A stretch of DNA of 64,000 bases from Octopus vulgaris (GCA_951406725.2 OX597840.1:19282001-19346000); one strand, 5' to 3'. Counted from the first letter of the stretch, positions 13,041-25,665 are shown. Notes: generated from the sequence alone by a model not told the origin. Numbers and translations: made by a program.

Positions 13041-13137
13041 ATGTATGTATGTATGTATGTATGTATGTATGTATGTATGGATGAATGTATGTATGTATGT
13101 ATGTATGTATGTATGTATGTATGTATGCATATGTATA

Positions 13138-13690
13138 ATGTCAGGTCACTCTCGAGTGCTACTGGTAACATGTAACCCAGTACAAACTATTGCATGGTCG
13201 GGTCGTCGGCGACTAAACTGGCAACCCCACCAAGCTTGCTTGTTGAGGATGGTGTTTATTAGACACCCTGCGGATGAAAAACAAAACCTGTTAAAAGGCG
13301 GAGGAACTCTTGAGAGTCAACGGCCATCCAATAAATGTCTTAAGGCAGTATCATGCCCGGGGACATAGAAATAATCGGACTGAATACCCGATCGCGTGGT
13401 AAAACCATTGGGTGTGAAGGACTCCTAGCCTTTGTTAGGGCATCCTTCTAGAAGGTAACTCAGGAAACTGGGATAACTCCGACATAAAACCTGTGGCTCA
13501 GTGGTTACCGATGATGTTGACTTGTTCTTCTTTTCGGATTATGGCTGCTGTTGCTTAGTGAGTGGGATTGACTCAGTGCACAGCCTTTCCCCACTTAAAA
13601 AAAATCTTCTTGCACAGGCATTGCACGATAACAACATTGATTAAGCTTCGTGCAATGGCCATACTCGATAACGAGGGGGCAGCCACCATG
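13138..13690 (+). mobile_element. Non-coding retroposon resembling an RTE-type 5' UTR, embedded in (TATG)n
   Basis: Three copies in the window (12787, 13138, inverted 20549-20597); resemblance to RTE 5' UTRs is from memory, not from a search. Confidence 0.55.
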
Positions 13691-14124
13691 TATGTGTGTA
13701 TGTATGCATGGCTTTTTGTTTCTCCACACAGCCAGAACTGGTAAAACAGAACGATAGAATGAGAACCAGATTTCAAACAAGTAACCAAACAATATTGGTT
13801 CTCAAGCATCGAAAAGGACACACAAATATACACACACACACACACACACACATACACACATACACTCACACACATACACACTCACACACGTATGCGCGCG
13901 CGCGCACATACACACGCACACATGCACACACACACACTCACGCACACATTCACGCACGAACACGTACACACGTGCACACATACGCACACATACACACACA
14001 CACGTGCACACATACGCACACATACACACACACACGAACACGCACACACGAATACGCACTCACGCATGCACGTACACACACATATATACACACACGCACA
14101 CACTCATATATACATCTATTATTA

Positions 14125-14482
14125 TTAGTTCTTCCGTTGTTGTCGATGATGACCAAAGACATCAGATGGATGAGAAGACAGGCCACGGTATGTCCGGCTG
14201 TGACCAATCAGTCCGTACTCGGAAGGCCTTGCTTCAGGTCGAATACTGGTAATCTACTGGGAATGAAGGCAAGGAGCTGACTCTGGACTTACGCAATTGG
14301 CATTCATTTATTTTTTGTACCCTGCAATCATGTTCTGTTCGTAGGAGATGGCACCTCTGTTAATGCAGCTTCGCCAGGCAAGGCGATCTCGTGCTTGTGT
14401 TTCGCGGGTGTCGGGGTGAACTCAAAGCTCTTCAGTAAGGCTTTGAGTGTATCATTAAGGCGCTTGACTTCCGACAGTTTCC
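14125..14482 (-). mobile_element. RTE-clade LINE 3' end
   Basis: Minus strand KRLNDTLKALLKSF..QARDRLAWRSCINRGAISYEQ resembles the RTE/BovB C-terminus; short (AAT) tail. Confidence 0.75.
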
Positions 14483-14486
14483 TATA

Positions 14487-14961
14487 AAACAGTCGCTTGG
14501 GGAGTCGCGTGTGAAACTTTCGAACAAGGTGGCCTTCTCACCTGACCCATGCTCTCTTCATTAGTGGCAGTTTTATATAACAAATTATTTATTAAAAAAA
14601 TTACATAAATATAATTAAGAAGAAAAAAGATACTTCTTACAGCCGTTTCGAAACTTCGGCGACTGGTCGAAGCCATAATGTGCAAACAAATGTACATAAC
14701 TATGATGGGCTTCCTAAAAAACAGTCGCTTGGGGAGTCGCGTGTCAAGCTTTCGAACAAGGTGGCTTGCTCACCTGACCCATGTTCTCCTCATTAGTGTG
14801 TAAATGCTTGGCAGTTTTATATAACAAATTATTTAAGAAAACAGTTACATAAATATAATTAAGAAGAAAAAAGATACTCTTTACAGCCGTTTCGAAACTT
14901 CGGCGACTGGTGGAAGCCATAATGTGCATTATGCAAATAAATGTGCATAACTATGATGGGC
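14487..14961. repeat. Tandem duplication, two ~230-240-bp units
   Basis: AAAACAGTCGCTTGGGGAGTCGCGTGT...AACTATGATGGGCT at ~14487-14711 and ~14718-14962. Confidence 0.9.
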
Positions 14962-15419
14962 TCCCACACAGTTTCCTTCTAGCAAATACACTCATAAGGT
15001 CGTGCTGGGGTTATAGTGATTGAACACAACACTTGCTCACGGTATCACACATATGACATTGACATTATATCAATTCGGATTACCAAATGAAAGTAAAAAT
15101 AAACTAAAATTTAGAAATTAAATTAAATCAGCAATCTTCGTGTAATTCCAATACCAGCTTTCTTGAAATTCCAACAAAGGACTTTTAGAATTTCCTGTTA
15201 AATATAAGATATGAACGGCCTTAAGCTAATTACTTTTTAATTAATGCGTTTAATTAATATAGTATCAAGTTGCAGGCGTTGGCGACGATGTTACCGTACT
15301 AACGAACATTGCCCTTATTTTGTTGTTTTTGTTGCTGCTGCTGCTGTTGTTTAACCCAAGGTCAATCCTAATCATGCAAACCTATAATCAAAGGCATTTC
15401 AATCGTGAGCAAACAGTCT

Positions 15420-16785
15420 TTTCTTTCTTCAGTTCTTTCTTATTTCTTTCCTCTACTTCCTTATTTCTTTCATTCTGTCTGTCTCTCAGTCATTCTTTCT
15501 CTCCCCCTTATTTTTCTTTCTTTCTTTGTTTCCTCCTTTCTTTCATTTCTTCATTCTTCCATTTTTCTTTTTTCGTTATTTCCTCCTCCTCCCTTTTCTT
15601 TCTTTCTCCATTTCCTTCCTTCCTTCCTTCTTTCATTCATTCATTCATTTATTCCTTCCCTTCTATCTACCTTCCTTTTTGTTTCTTCTTTCTGTATGTC
15701 CACCTTTCTTTTTTTCCTATCCTTCCTTCCTTCCTTCTTTCCTTCCTTCCTTCCTCCCTCCCTTCCTTCCCTCCTTCATTCCTTCCTTCCTTCTTTCCTT
15801 CCTTCCTCCCTCCCTTCCTTCCTTCCTTTCTTCCTTCCTTCCTTCCTTCATTCATTCCTTCCTTCCTTCCTTCCTTCTTTCCTTCCTTCCTTCCTCCCTC
15901 CCTCCCTTCCTTCCTTCCTTCCTTCCTTTCCTCCTTCATTCCTTCATTCCCTTCCTTTTTGCTTCTTCTTTCTGTATGTCCACCTTTCGTTTTTCTTCCT
16001 ATCCTTCTTTCCTCCTTTCTTCTTTCTTTACTTCTTCTTTCTTTACTACCCACAAGGGGCTACACACAGAGGGGACAAACAAAGACAGACAAACGGATTA
16101 AGACGATTATATCGACCCCGTGCGTAACTGGTACTTTATCGACCCCGAAAGGATAAAAGGCAAAGTCGACCTCGGCGGAATTTGAACTCAGAACGTAAAG
16201 ACGACGAAATGCTGCTAAACATTTCGCCCGGCGTGCTAACGGTTCTGCCAGCTCACCGCCTTTCTTTACTTCTTTCTTTCATTTTTATATTCTTTCTTGA
16301 TTTCCTCTTTCGTTTTCTTTCTTTCTCTTCTTCTTTCCTTGTTTGCTTCCTTCCTTCTTTCTCTTTCTCCCCTTCTTTCTCTCGTTACTTCTTCCTTCCT
16401 TCCTTCCTTCCTTTCTTTCTTTCTTCCTTCCTTTCTTTCTTTTTCCTTTCTTCCTTCCTTTCCTTTCTTTTCTTTCTTTCTTTCTTCCTTCCTTCCTTTC
16501 TTTCTTCCTTTCTTCCTTTCTTCCTTCCTTTCTTCCTTTCTTTCTTTCTTTCTTTCTTTATACTTCTTTCTTCATTTCCCTCTTCTCTATTCCTTTCTTC
16601 CTTTCTTTCTTCCTTCCTTTCTTTCTTTCTTTATTTCCTTCCTTCCTTTCTTCTTTCTTTCTTTCTTTCTTCATTTCCCTCTTCTCTATTTCTTTTTCCT
16701 TCCTTTTATTTATTCCCTTCTTTCTTTCTTTTGCATCATTCCTCCTTCCTGTCTTTCTTCCCTTCTTTATTTCTATCTTCTTTCT
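15420..16785. repeat. Polypyrimidine (CCTT/CTTT)n tract split by a SINE
   Basis: Direct observation. Confidence 0.95.
16038..16261 (-). mobile_element. SINE family B, near full length (MetaSINE-like central domain)
   Basis: Head GGCGGTGAGCTGGCAGA..GAGTTCAAATTCCGCCG followed by GCCTTTTATCCTTTCGGGGTCGATAAAGTACCAG. Confidence 0.85.
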
Positions 16786-17189
16786 GTCATGCAATGAACT
16801 ATATTCCTCGGGGAAATCAATGTCATGTGACGGAGGCAAACAGCACGGTGGCACAAAATAGCGCGCTGTGATGTGGTCCAGTGTGGTGCTTTGTGGTATG
16901 CCAATCATATTTAATACCATATAATCTCTATTTGATAGAATACGATATAAATTATTTGATTGGTTGGCTGGTTGGTTGGCTGATATCTCTTGTTGTTCTT
17001 TACATCGTATATACATAGAGAGAGAGGGAGAAAAGAGTAGCAGTAAGAGAATTATGACTGCAGCCGCATGGCTGAAAGGAATGAAAAAAGCAAAAGAAAT
17101 AAGTATGGTATGAGTGCTCATAATAGGCTTGGCGGCAGGCAATTGGCAAAGGAACGCTACGCACAGTGAGAGACAAAGGATCGTAGAGA

Positions 17190-18400
17190 CCGAGGAGAAA
17201 ACGGAGAAGGAGGGGAGGAAGTGAAGCAGGAAGTGGAAGGATATGAGAAAGAGAAGGAAGAAAAAGGAGAGGAAGAGGAAGGAGATGAAGAAGAGGAAAA
17301 GGTGGTAGAGGATAGGACGAGACGGAGATGAGAAGGGGAGGAGGAGAAGGTGAAAAGGAAAAGGAGGATGAGAAGGAAGAAAAGGAGGAGAAAAAGGTGG
17401 AAGAAGGGGACATGATCAGGATGAAGGGGAGCAGGAGGTGGAGGAAAAAGAGTAGCAGAAGCAGGAGAAGTTGTATAGGAGTAGGTGGAAGAGGAGATGG
17501 ACGAGGAGGAAGGGGATAGGAGAAGGAGGAAGGGAGGAGGAAGAAGAGCAGAAGCAGGGGGAGAGAAGCAGAAGCGGGGAAGAGGAGAAGAAGCAGAGGG
17601 AGAAGAGAAGCTGGAGTGGGAAGTAGTACATGAGGATGAGGAAGATGATTGAAGGAGAAACAGAAGCTGGAGAAGGAGGGAGAAGAGCTAGAGGAGAAGG
17701 AAGGGTAAAGGAGGGGGAGGAGGGGAGCAGGAGGATGAGGAAGACGAGGTGCAGAAGCAGGTGGAAGAGGAGATGGATGAAAAGGAGCAGGAAGCAGAGC
17801 AGAGGGTGGAGGAATAAGAGTAGGAGAAACAAGCAGGGAGGCAGGAGCAGAAGGAAGAGGGGCAGGAGGAGTAAGTGGAGAAGGCGGAGGGACAGAAGCA
17901 GGAGCAGAAGAAACAGGAGTAGGAGGTGAGGAAGGGTGAAGAGAAGCAAGAGGAGGAAGAGGAGGAGCAAAAAGAAGGAGGAAAAGAGGTGGAAGAAAAA
18001 ATGGAGGAGGAAAAAGTGGAGGAAGAAGAAGAAGAAGAAGAAGAAGAAGAAGAAAAGAAGAGGAGGAGGGGAGGATGAGGAAGATGAGGAAGAAGAAGAA
18101 GAAGAAAAGAAAAGAAGAAAAGGAGGAGGGGTGAGGAAGAAGAGGAGGAAGAAGAAGGAGAGGAGGAAGAGAAAGGAGAGGAGGGAAGGGAAGATGGGAA
18201 GGAGAGAAAGAGAAGTAGGAGAAAGAAGAGGAGGATCACTACGGTGAGGAGGAGGAAGAAACAGGACAAGAGCAAGAGGAAGAGGAATAGGATGTTGAGG
18301 AAGAAGCGAAGCAGGAGGAGGAAGTGGAGGAATGGGGTAAGGTGGAAGACGAATATGAGGGAGAAGAGGAGGAAGATGAGGAGATGGAATAAATAAGAGA
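17190..18400. repeat. Polypurine (GGA/GAA)n low-complexity tract
   Basis: Direct observation. Confidence 0.95.
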
Positions 18401-18859
18401 GTAGTTTATGAGATGTGCTTTCAAATTTTGCAGAGAATAGTTTTTCAATTAAAAGTAAAATGTGATAACGCTAATTAAATTTAGAAAAATGCATTTATCT
18501 ATTGTAAATATGTAAATAAGAAATTCATTTTATTAATTGTACTTTAAAGCAATAAATATATTTCTTCTGAAAATCAGTATTTCATTTCATCATTTTGCAT
18601 ATGTCCCAAGACATTTGATGACGCTTAAAATTCACACTGGGTGATACAATTTTTGTCCTTTTGGTAGCAACTGTTATTTCCTATTTGCTTATCTCTAGAA
18701 AGTATAGAAAATGGCTAATGTTTCCTTCAAACTGTGCTTTTCTTACATTTATTTAAACTTCAACGAATTCTTCTGAACACACGGCTATATTCAGAGATGT
18801 ACATATTGTCAGCCACTAAGGGACATGCTCAAGCGATTAAGGTCAAGCAACTGATAAGT

Positions 18860-19287
18860 AAATCTGTGGTATTGAGCAGAATATTTGCCATAACGATATT
18901 TCTGCTTCAGTAACTCAGTGCTGAAACTGTCGGAAATATAATGGAAAATTGGTCAGTTTCAAAACATTGATGCCGGGATGACAAAAGCAGGGTTTGAAGG
19001 GAATGGTAGTGATTTCCTTTGATTTCTAGATAGAAGCAAGTAAGAAATAACAGATACTGGCCAAAGACATGCAAATCTGTGGTACTGAGCAGAATATTTG
19101 CTATAACGATATTTCTGCTTCAGCAACTCAGCACTGAACTTGTATGAAATGTAATGGAAAATAGGTCAGTTTTAAAACGTTGATGTCCAGGTGACAAAAG
19201 CAAAGTTTGAAGGGAATAGTAGTCATGTCCTTTGATTTCTATAATCTACAGAAGCAAATAGGAAAGAACATTTACTGACGAAAGACA
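18860..19287. repeat. Diverged tandem duplication (~210-bp unit) starting in a family E fragment
   Basis: AAATCTGTGGTA(T/C)TGAGCAGAATATTTGC...AAAGACA at ~18860 and ~19073. Confidence 0.85.
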
Positions 19288-19396
19288 AAAAGTTAAAATC
19301 TTGTTAGACAATAGATTGCCATGTTTCCTGATAACCAATCGTGATACAATTATACTTCCCACACTTGCCTATCGTATGACTATTAGTACTCTAGTC

Positions 19397-19652
19397 TAGT
19401 GTTTCTCAACCATTTTCTTACCTTGTGGACCCTTTTGATTCCGATTTTACTCTGCCGAACCTCTGTAGCCATTCGATGTTTATAAAATAAATCTTGCTGT
19501 ATTTATATAATTAAATAATATTAGGAACTGTATGAAAAATTAAAATATTTTGTGTATTGTAAAAGTATAACCATTTTATTACACATAAAATTTAGCAATG
19601 AAATCTAATGTGGACTCCCAAGGGCCATATGAACCAAGGCTGAGATCCACTG
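19397..19652. mobile_element. hAT (Charlie/Buster-like) MITE, degraded
   Basis: TIRs TAGTGTTTCTCAACC / GGCTGAGATCCACTG; internal similarity to 34957-35263. Confidence 0.65.
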
Positions 19653-19990
19653 CTTGGGGTCTCTCTGTGTAAAAGTAGATAAAAGACAAACGATATTTAA
19701 GTTACCAATAGTAATTTAGATTATATCATATTTTATATGAATCAGTTGGTAAACACCAACAGCGTTGTTTGAAGGGGATGGGTAATGTCTAATTCCTGGT
19801 TCCTTATGTTTTGCGTATGATGATGATGAGTGGACAGAGCTAACACCACATTGGTTAAGAAAGTACTGGTTTTTCGGCCTTCCCGCATATGTTTATAACT
19901 CAGCAATATGCAAATACACACACTCGCACAAACATACATATATGCATACATGCATGCATACATACATACATACATACATACATACATACA

Positions 19991-20017
<27 letters not shown>

Positions 20018-20021
<4 letters not shown>

Positions 20022-20250
20022 GTTTAGGTTTATACCTGTAATTATTGGGGCCTTGGGATATGTAACACACTGGCTAAATACCAATCTTGAGAAATTGGGC
20101 TTCTCAGGACCAGAAAGGAGAAAGCTAATTTGAAAACTACAGATCCAATCCATCACTAGAACTGTAAAGATCTGTAAGACTTTCCTGAAGTTTATCATTT
20201 AAATATATATGAGCATGTCTAGATATGCAACCACATGCATGAGAATACAT
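20018..20250 (+). mobile_element. R4/Dong-like RLE LINE 3' end within (TACA)n
   Basis: FRFIPVIIGALGYV..LQIQSITRTVKICKTFLKF, the C-terminal motif of restriction-like-endonuclease LINEs. Confidence 0.75.
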
Positions 20251-20599
20251 ACATAGAACATATATATCTGCACATACATACATACATGCATGCATGCATA
20301 CATACATACATACATACATACATACATACATACATACATACATACATACATACATACATACATACATACATACATACATACATACATACATACATACATA
20401 CATACATACATACATACATACATACATACATACATAGTATTCTAATCTCCATGTATACATACATGCATGTATGTATGTATGTATGTATATACATACATAT
20501 ATGAATGCATCCATCCATCCATCCATACATACATACATACTACATACATTATGGCTGCCCCCTCGTTATCGAGTATGGCCATTGCACGAAGCTTAACTG

Positions 20600-21090
20600 T
20601 TACTGGTGCTGTGATCGAATGTGACTTTTTATGCATGCATACAAACTTACATAACAGGACGGATATTGATGTTTGGGACAGGCAAGAAACAGTATGCACC
20701 ATCAGAGAGGTCAGCTGTTTTGCTGGTGTGGATATCTCTTTGAAAATCAATGAGAAAAAAGATAATTATGGACAACTGCTTCGAAACCTCCAGCTTCTGT
20801 ATCCGGATTACAAATTTACTATTATACCAAAAATAATTGGAGCATTTGGTTTTGTAATTAAATGCTTAACTGTCAGTCTAGATAAGCTTGAATTTTCAGA
20901 AAAAGAAATCAACCAACTGATTTTCACATTACAAATACAGTCTGTAAGCGGAACAGTAAAGCTATGCAAGACTTTTCTCGGGTTTAAAATGTGACATTGT
21001 TTTCGTTATCTACATTCCAAAGCTGGGACTTTGTATCTTTGCTAGAAACTAGATCCTTCTTCAAATGAAGAATTTAAGTAACTAAATACA
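20600..21090 (+). mobile_element. R4/Dong-like RLE LINE 3' end (endonuclease domain plus UTR)
   Basis: HNRTDIDVWD..EVSC..KINEKKDNY..IIPKIIGAFG, a decayed PD-(D/E)xK restriction-like endonuclease. Confidence 0.75.
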
Positions 21091-21114
21091 TATCTATTTT
21101 TCTTGCCAGGTATA

Positions 21115-21511
21115 CGAGGTGGCATAGAAAGGTTCCTGGACTAGTTATGTTTGGTAAAAAAATAGCTTATTTACCTAATTTTTTAAAAATCTACGTCAAA
21201 ATAGCTACCTTTTTCAGCACTACACACCAGTAAGATTGCCGAAGCATGCTCAATGTCTCCGTAGAAGACTTACAAAGTTTAATGCAAAATATCACGTTGT
21301 CTCTGTTCGTGTCTACGACAAAATCGCAGACTACAGCATACACGTGATCACAGAAACACAAATTTCACAACTTGCGAAGTAAACACGGTGATGTTACTTA
21401 ACACACTGCCTCATGAAGTTCATCGCTAGCTCTCACTGCGTATGCACCCGTGTGCTGCCATCTGTTGGGGGCGCTACAAAACTAATCTAGGAACAGTTTG
21501 ATGCCATCTCG
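21115..21511. mobile_element. Mariner-type MITE
   Basis: Imperfect TIRs CGAGGTGGCATAGAAAGGTTCCTGGACTAGTT / AACTAATCTAGGAACAGTTTGATGCCATCTCG flanked by TA. Confidence 0.75.
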
Positions 21512-21555
21512 TATATATGAAGTATACATACATACATGCATTGTACACATACACA

Positions 21556-21597
<42 letters not shown>

Positions 21598-21600
<3 letters not shown>

Positions 21601-21753
21601 TTTTTACTCTTTTTACTTGTTTCAGTCATTTGACTGCGGCCATGCTGGAGCACCGCCTTTAATCGAGCAACTCGACCCCGGGACTTATTCTTTTGTAAGC
21701 CCAGTACTTATTCTATCGGTCTCTTTTTCCGAACCGCTAAGTAACGGGGACGT
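21598..21753 (-). mobile_element. SINE family A 3' tail, inverted relative to the adjacent full copy
   Basis: Reverse complement of ~22015-22170. Confidence 0.85.
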
Positions 21754-21762
21754 ATATATACA

Positions 21763-22174
21763 TAGGCGCAGGAGTGGCTGTGTGGTAAGTAGCTTGCTAA
21801 CCAACCGCATGGTTCCGGGTTCAGTCCCACTGCGTGGCGCCTTGGGCAAGTGTCTTCTGCTATAGGCCGACCAATGCCTTGTGAGTGGATTTGGTAGACG
21901 GAAACTGAAAGAAGCCCGTCGTATATATGTATATATATATATGTGTGTGCGTGTATGTTTGTGTGTCTATGTCTGTCCCCCTAGCATTGTTTGACAACCG
22001 ATGCTGGTGTGTTTACGTCCTCGTCACTTAGCGGTTCGGCAAAAGAGACCGATAGAATAAGTACTGGGCTTACAAAAGAATAAGTCCCGGGGTCGAGTTG
22101 CTCGATTAAAGACGGATGCTCCAGCATGGCTGCAGTCAAATGACTGAAACAAGTAAAAGAGTAAAGAGTAAAGA

Positions 22175-22176
<2 letters not shown>
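21763..22176 (+). mobile_element. SINE family A, full length
   Basis: tRNA-like head (TGGCTGTGTGG A-box, GGTTCAGTCCC B-box), CCTTGGGCAAG, internal TA/TG repeat, (GTAAAAGA)n tail. Confidence 0.9.
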
Positions 22177-22241
<65 letters not shown>

Positions 22242-22383
22242 CACACATACACTTCTACAAGCATATATAGTTACATGTGTGTGTAAAACAACCATAAAAA
22301 CAAAAATAGAAATAACAAAAAGGTACTAGAGCATTTCATAATCAATGTTTCATGCCCAAGGACGAATAGTGGAAAAAGTAAAA

Positions 22384-22420
22384 TGTGTGACGTTTCGGGC
22401 TTCGTCTTTCCTCAGATACA
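22384..22420 (-). ncRNA. Minimal type I hammerhead-like motif
   Basis: UGUAU-CUGAGGA-AAGACGAAGCCC-GAAAC-GUC-ACACA; core intact, stems I and II have mismatches. Confidence 0.65.
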
Positions 22421-22525
22421 AGAAAAGGCCAGGAGAAATCGGGAAGAGAACGAAGAAAAGACGAAAGGAAAAACGTACTTTTACTCAGTTTTACAAGTTC
22501 CTGTGTATGTATATATATAGATATA

Positions 22526-23411
22526 CTAGCTGACGTACCCAGTAATTCCCGGGAAAGCGGGGCTTATCCCTAACTTTCGTTCTCATAATTGCTTCGCTAA
22601 TCACATAACAACAATACAAAGTATGTAGCCCTTAAAACGGTTTTTGTGCATTTACAGAGAATACCGAACTGTCTTACACAGGATCTTGTTCTTAGGAATT
22701 CCCAATAAGTTATGAATACCAAAATTGTGAAGTCAGTCATGTAATAACATGAAATTAGTTACCCCAAAAAGGGCTTTAATGCGTTCCTAAAGTATATAGA
22801 AATTAGGAGGAAATACTAATAAGGTATGTATACTAAAATCGTGAATCATATTACGTAATAACAGGCTAATCAGATATGAGATAATAACAATTCAAAGTAA
22901 ATAACTCTCAAAAGGGCTTTTGTGCGTTCCCAGAGAATATTACCCTCAGGGGCGCTAGTGTTGGTATATTCATGAATAACTCACTAACCGAAATAAGTGG
23001 ATCTATTCTTTAGGAAAATACTATTTACTTGTTTCAGGTTTGTACTGGATAAATTGCGAAAATAACTCTAACAGTTCACATACTAAGAAATAAGTATACT
23101 GAATTTGATTTATACCAAATAATATAGGAAAATGAATGGGTTAATTCCCATGGCTGTTAAAATGAAATATATTAGCTACATATAAGGATCCATTCTAGGG
23201 GCGAATGGGTTATTTCCCTTGGCTGTTAAAAGTATTTCTTCCAGGGACCTTATTATCTATTTTTCAACACTCTTAGTGCGCCATGAGAATCTCAGACATG
23301 AGTTCTACTCACTCGTCAAGTTTCATCAAAATCGATAAAACGATGTAGGAGGAGTTAGCTAACAAATCCACAAACATACCCACAGACAGAATTTCCCACA
23401 TATGTAGTAGA
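22526..23411 (-). mobile_element. Non-autonomous Helitron (Lep1-like layout)
   Basis: Minus strand begins TC and ends CTAG between A and T; imperfect subterminal hairpin; CAAGTTTCATCAAAATCG..ACAGACAGA block near the other end. Confidence 0.6.
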
Positions 23412-23505
23412 TACATATATATACATATATACATACATGCACACATATATATGTATCTATTTATGTGTGTGTATGTATATATATATATAGAAAGAGAGAT
23501 ATGTG

Positions 23506-23545
<40 letters not shown>

Positions 23546-23579
23546 TAGATAGATATCCATCTATCTATCTGCGTATCTA

Positions 23580-23645
<66 letters not shown>

Positions 23646-23988
23646 TGTGATATAGAAAACTGTAGCTATACAGATCGATCATTCAATATCTTAAATATCT
23701 ATGATAACAATTGAAAGGAAATTAAAATATTCGATTATCCCTAATATATTTTAAAATTGTAACACTCTGCTGAACCGGCGAACAAAGCTGCCAGACGAAC
23801 TTGTCTTTTATCCTGTCATAACTTTTGTGAAAGGGTTATCTTAGCCGAAATATTATATCTAATTTAACTTTTCTAAAACATTTCAATATCTCTGTTATTG
23901 TTATCGATATTTAGTGTTCGATCAGCGTTGTAAGAGTCTGATATATAATACAATGGTTTTCAAAATATTTCACAAAACTTCAAACAAG

Positions 23989-24028
<40 letters not shown>

Positions 24029-24197
24029 GGATAGATATACAATCGTAGCTTTGCGGTAAGAAGTTTACTTCCCAACCACATGGTTCCGGATTCAGTTCCA
24101 TCTTAGGCAAGTGCCTTCTATTACAACTACAAGCCGGATGTAGACTGAAACTGAAAGAAGCCTGCTTGATATATATATATGAGTGTGTGTATGTATG

Positions 24198-24274
<77 letters not shown>

Positions 24275-24560
24275 AAAAATTTACTAATTTAATAAATTAA
24301 CAAATTTTACCAAAGTGGTTTCGGTATGGAAAAGAACTATATTCGGTAAAAAACTTATACAAAAAGTTTTCTTATATATTATCATAACAATAATTAAGAG
24401 TTTAGCAACAAGTTGCTTCACCACATACCGAAAATTTAGCAATAGCAGCTAAAAGACCGCTATTTCTTTTTCCTACAAAATATGCTTCCACAGATAACAA
24501 GATTTGTAACTCACATAGGTAAAAAGAAGAAAAATAATGAAATCAAACAGTCTTCGATTA

Positions 24561-24618
24561 ATTATGGACGCGTTTCTGGATTAGAATTATAAAAATTCAT
24601 TTCCTTTGTCAACATAAT
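24561..24618 (-). ncRNA. Decayed hammerhead-like motif
   Basis: AUUAUG-UUGACAA-(long stem II)-GAAAC-GC-GUC-CAUAAU; stem I intact, core has two substitutions. Confidence 0.45.
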
Positions 24619-24804
24619 ATTTCGAGAATTATAAATTTCAAAATGCTAGAACTTACCCTTTGCATTTCTGATCAAGCACCATCAGAACATGCAGAGGGTA
24701 AGTCCTGGGGTCGATTTGTTCGACTAAAAATTATTCAAGGTGGTACTCCAGCATGGCCGCAGTCAACTGACTTAAACAAGTGAAATAAATGAAAGAATAT
24801 ATAT

Positions 24805-25664
24805 ATCAGGTCATTAAGAATGAAATGTCCGATTTTCTTCTGTACCAAGTTTGACAGTCGTTAACTCTAATGGCAATTCGTTGTTTTACAACATTGAAGA
24901 GTTACATCATCAGTTTTTGAAATGCAATTCATGGTGTCTGATTATATTGTGGGTTTTCTTTTATAATCAATTTTTGTGGACCCAAGGATAGCTAAAAAAT
25001 TATGAGTTCCATGGTGGAACCACTGCAATTCAAACATCAATGAGGTGTTAGATGAAGATGTTGGCGAATGAGCGCATGGTTTGAGAAGTTCCAGTCTGGT
25101 GACTTTACTCTTGAAAATAAGCCCCATGGTATAACTGAAACCAAGGTGGATAATGATGAGCTGGAAACTGTAGTAGAAATGGATACATCTAAACTACGCT
25201 TGAGTTAACAGCAAGGATTGATGTTTCGATTCCAACTGTATTGGACCATCTGAAACAAGGTAAAGAAGCTGAACAAGTCAGCACCACACGAACTGAACGA
25301 GCATCAAATGACACGTCGTCTTGAAAATTGTTGTTATTTGCTGTCATGGTATAAAAGTGAACCATATTTGCATCGTATTGTTACTTGTGATGAAAAGTGG
25401 ATTCTTTACAACGATAGCAAGCGTTCTGAGCGGTGGTTGGAGAGAGACGAAGTGCCATAGCACAATCCAAAAAAGAATATTCACCAAAAACAAAAAGCTA
25501 ATGGTGTCTGTTTGGTGGTCCAGCGCTGGTGTCACCAATTACAGCTTCATGAGATCTGGTAAGTCAATAACAACAGATGGATACATCAACCAATTGAATG
25601 AAATAATGAGTGAACTACACAATTAAACAACCGATGTTGATCAATTGAGACAGGCTAACTCTCT

Positions 25665-25665
<1 letters not shown>
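24805..25665 (+). pseudogene. Decayed mariner transposase, 3'-truncated
   Basis: SGDFTLENKP, PHELNEHQ, LHRIVTCDEKWILY, KLMVSVWWS motifs with stops and frameshifts. Confidence 0.9.

Noticed and set aside
15320-18448. Phe/Leu/Ser-rich and Arg/Glu-rich ORFs
   Set aside because: Polypyrimidine and polypurine tracts lack stop codons by composition
24652-24702. Hairpin CTTACCCT..TTCTGAT/ATCAGAA..AGGGTAAG
   Set aside because: Imperfect, single occurrence, at a junction of repeat fragments; no function can be supported
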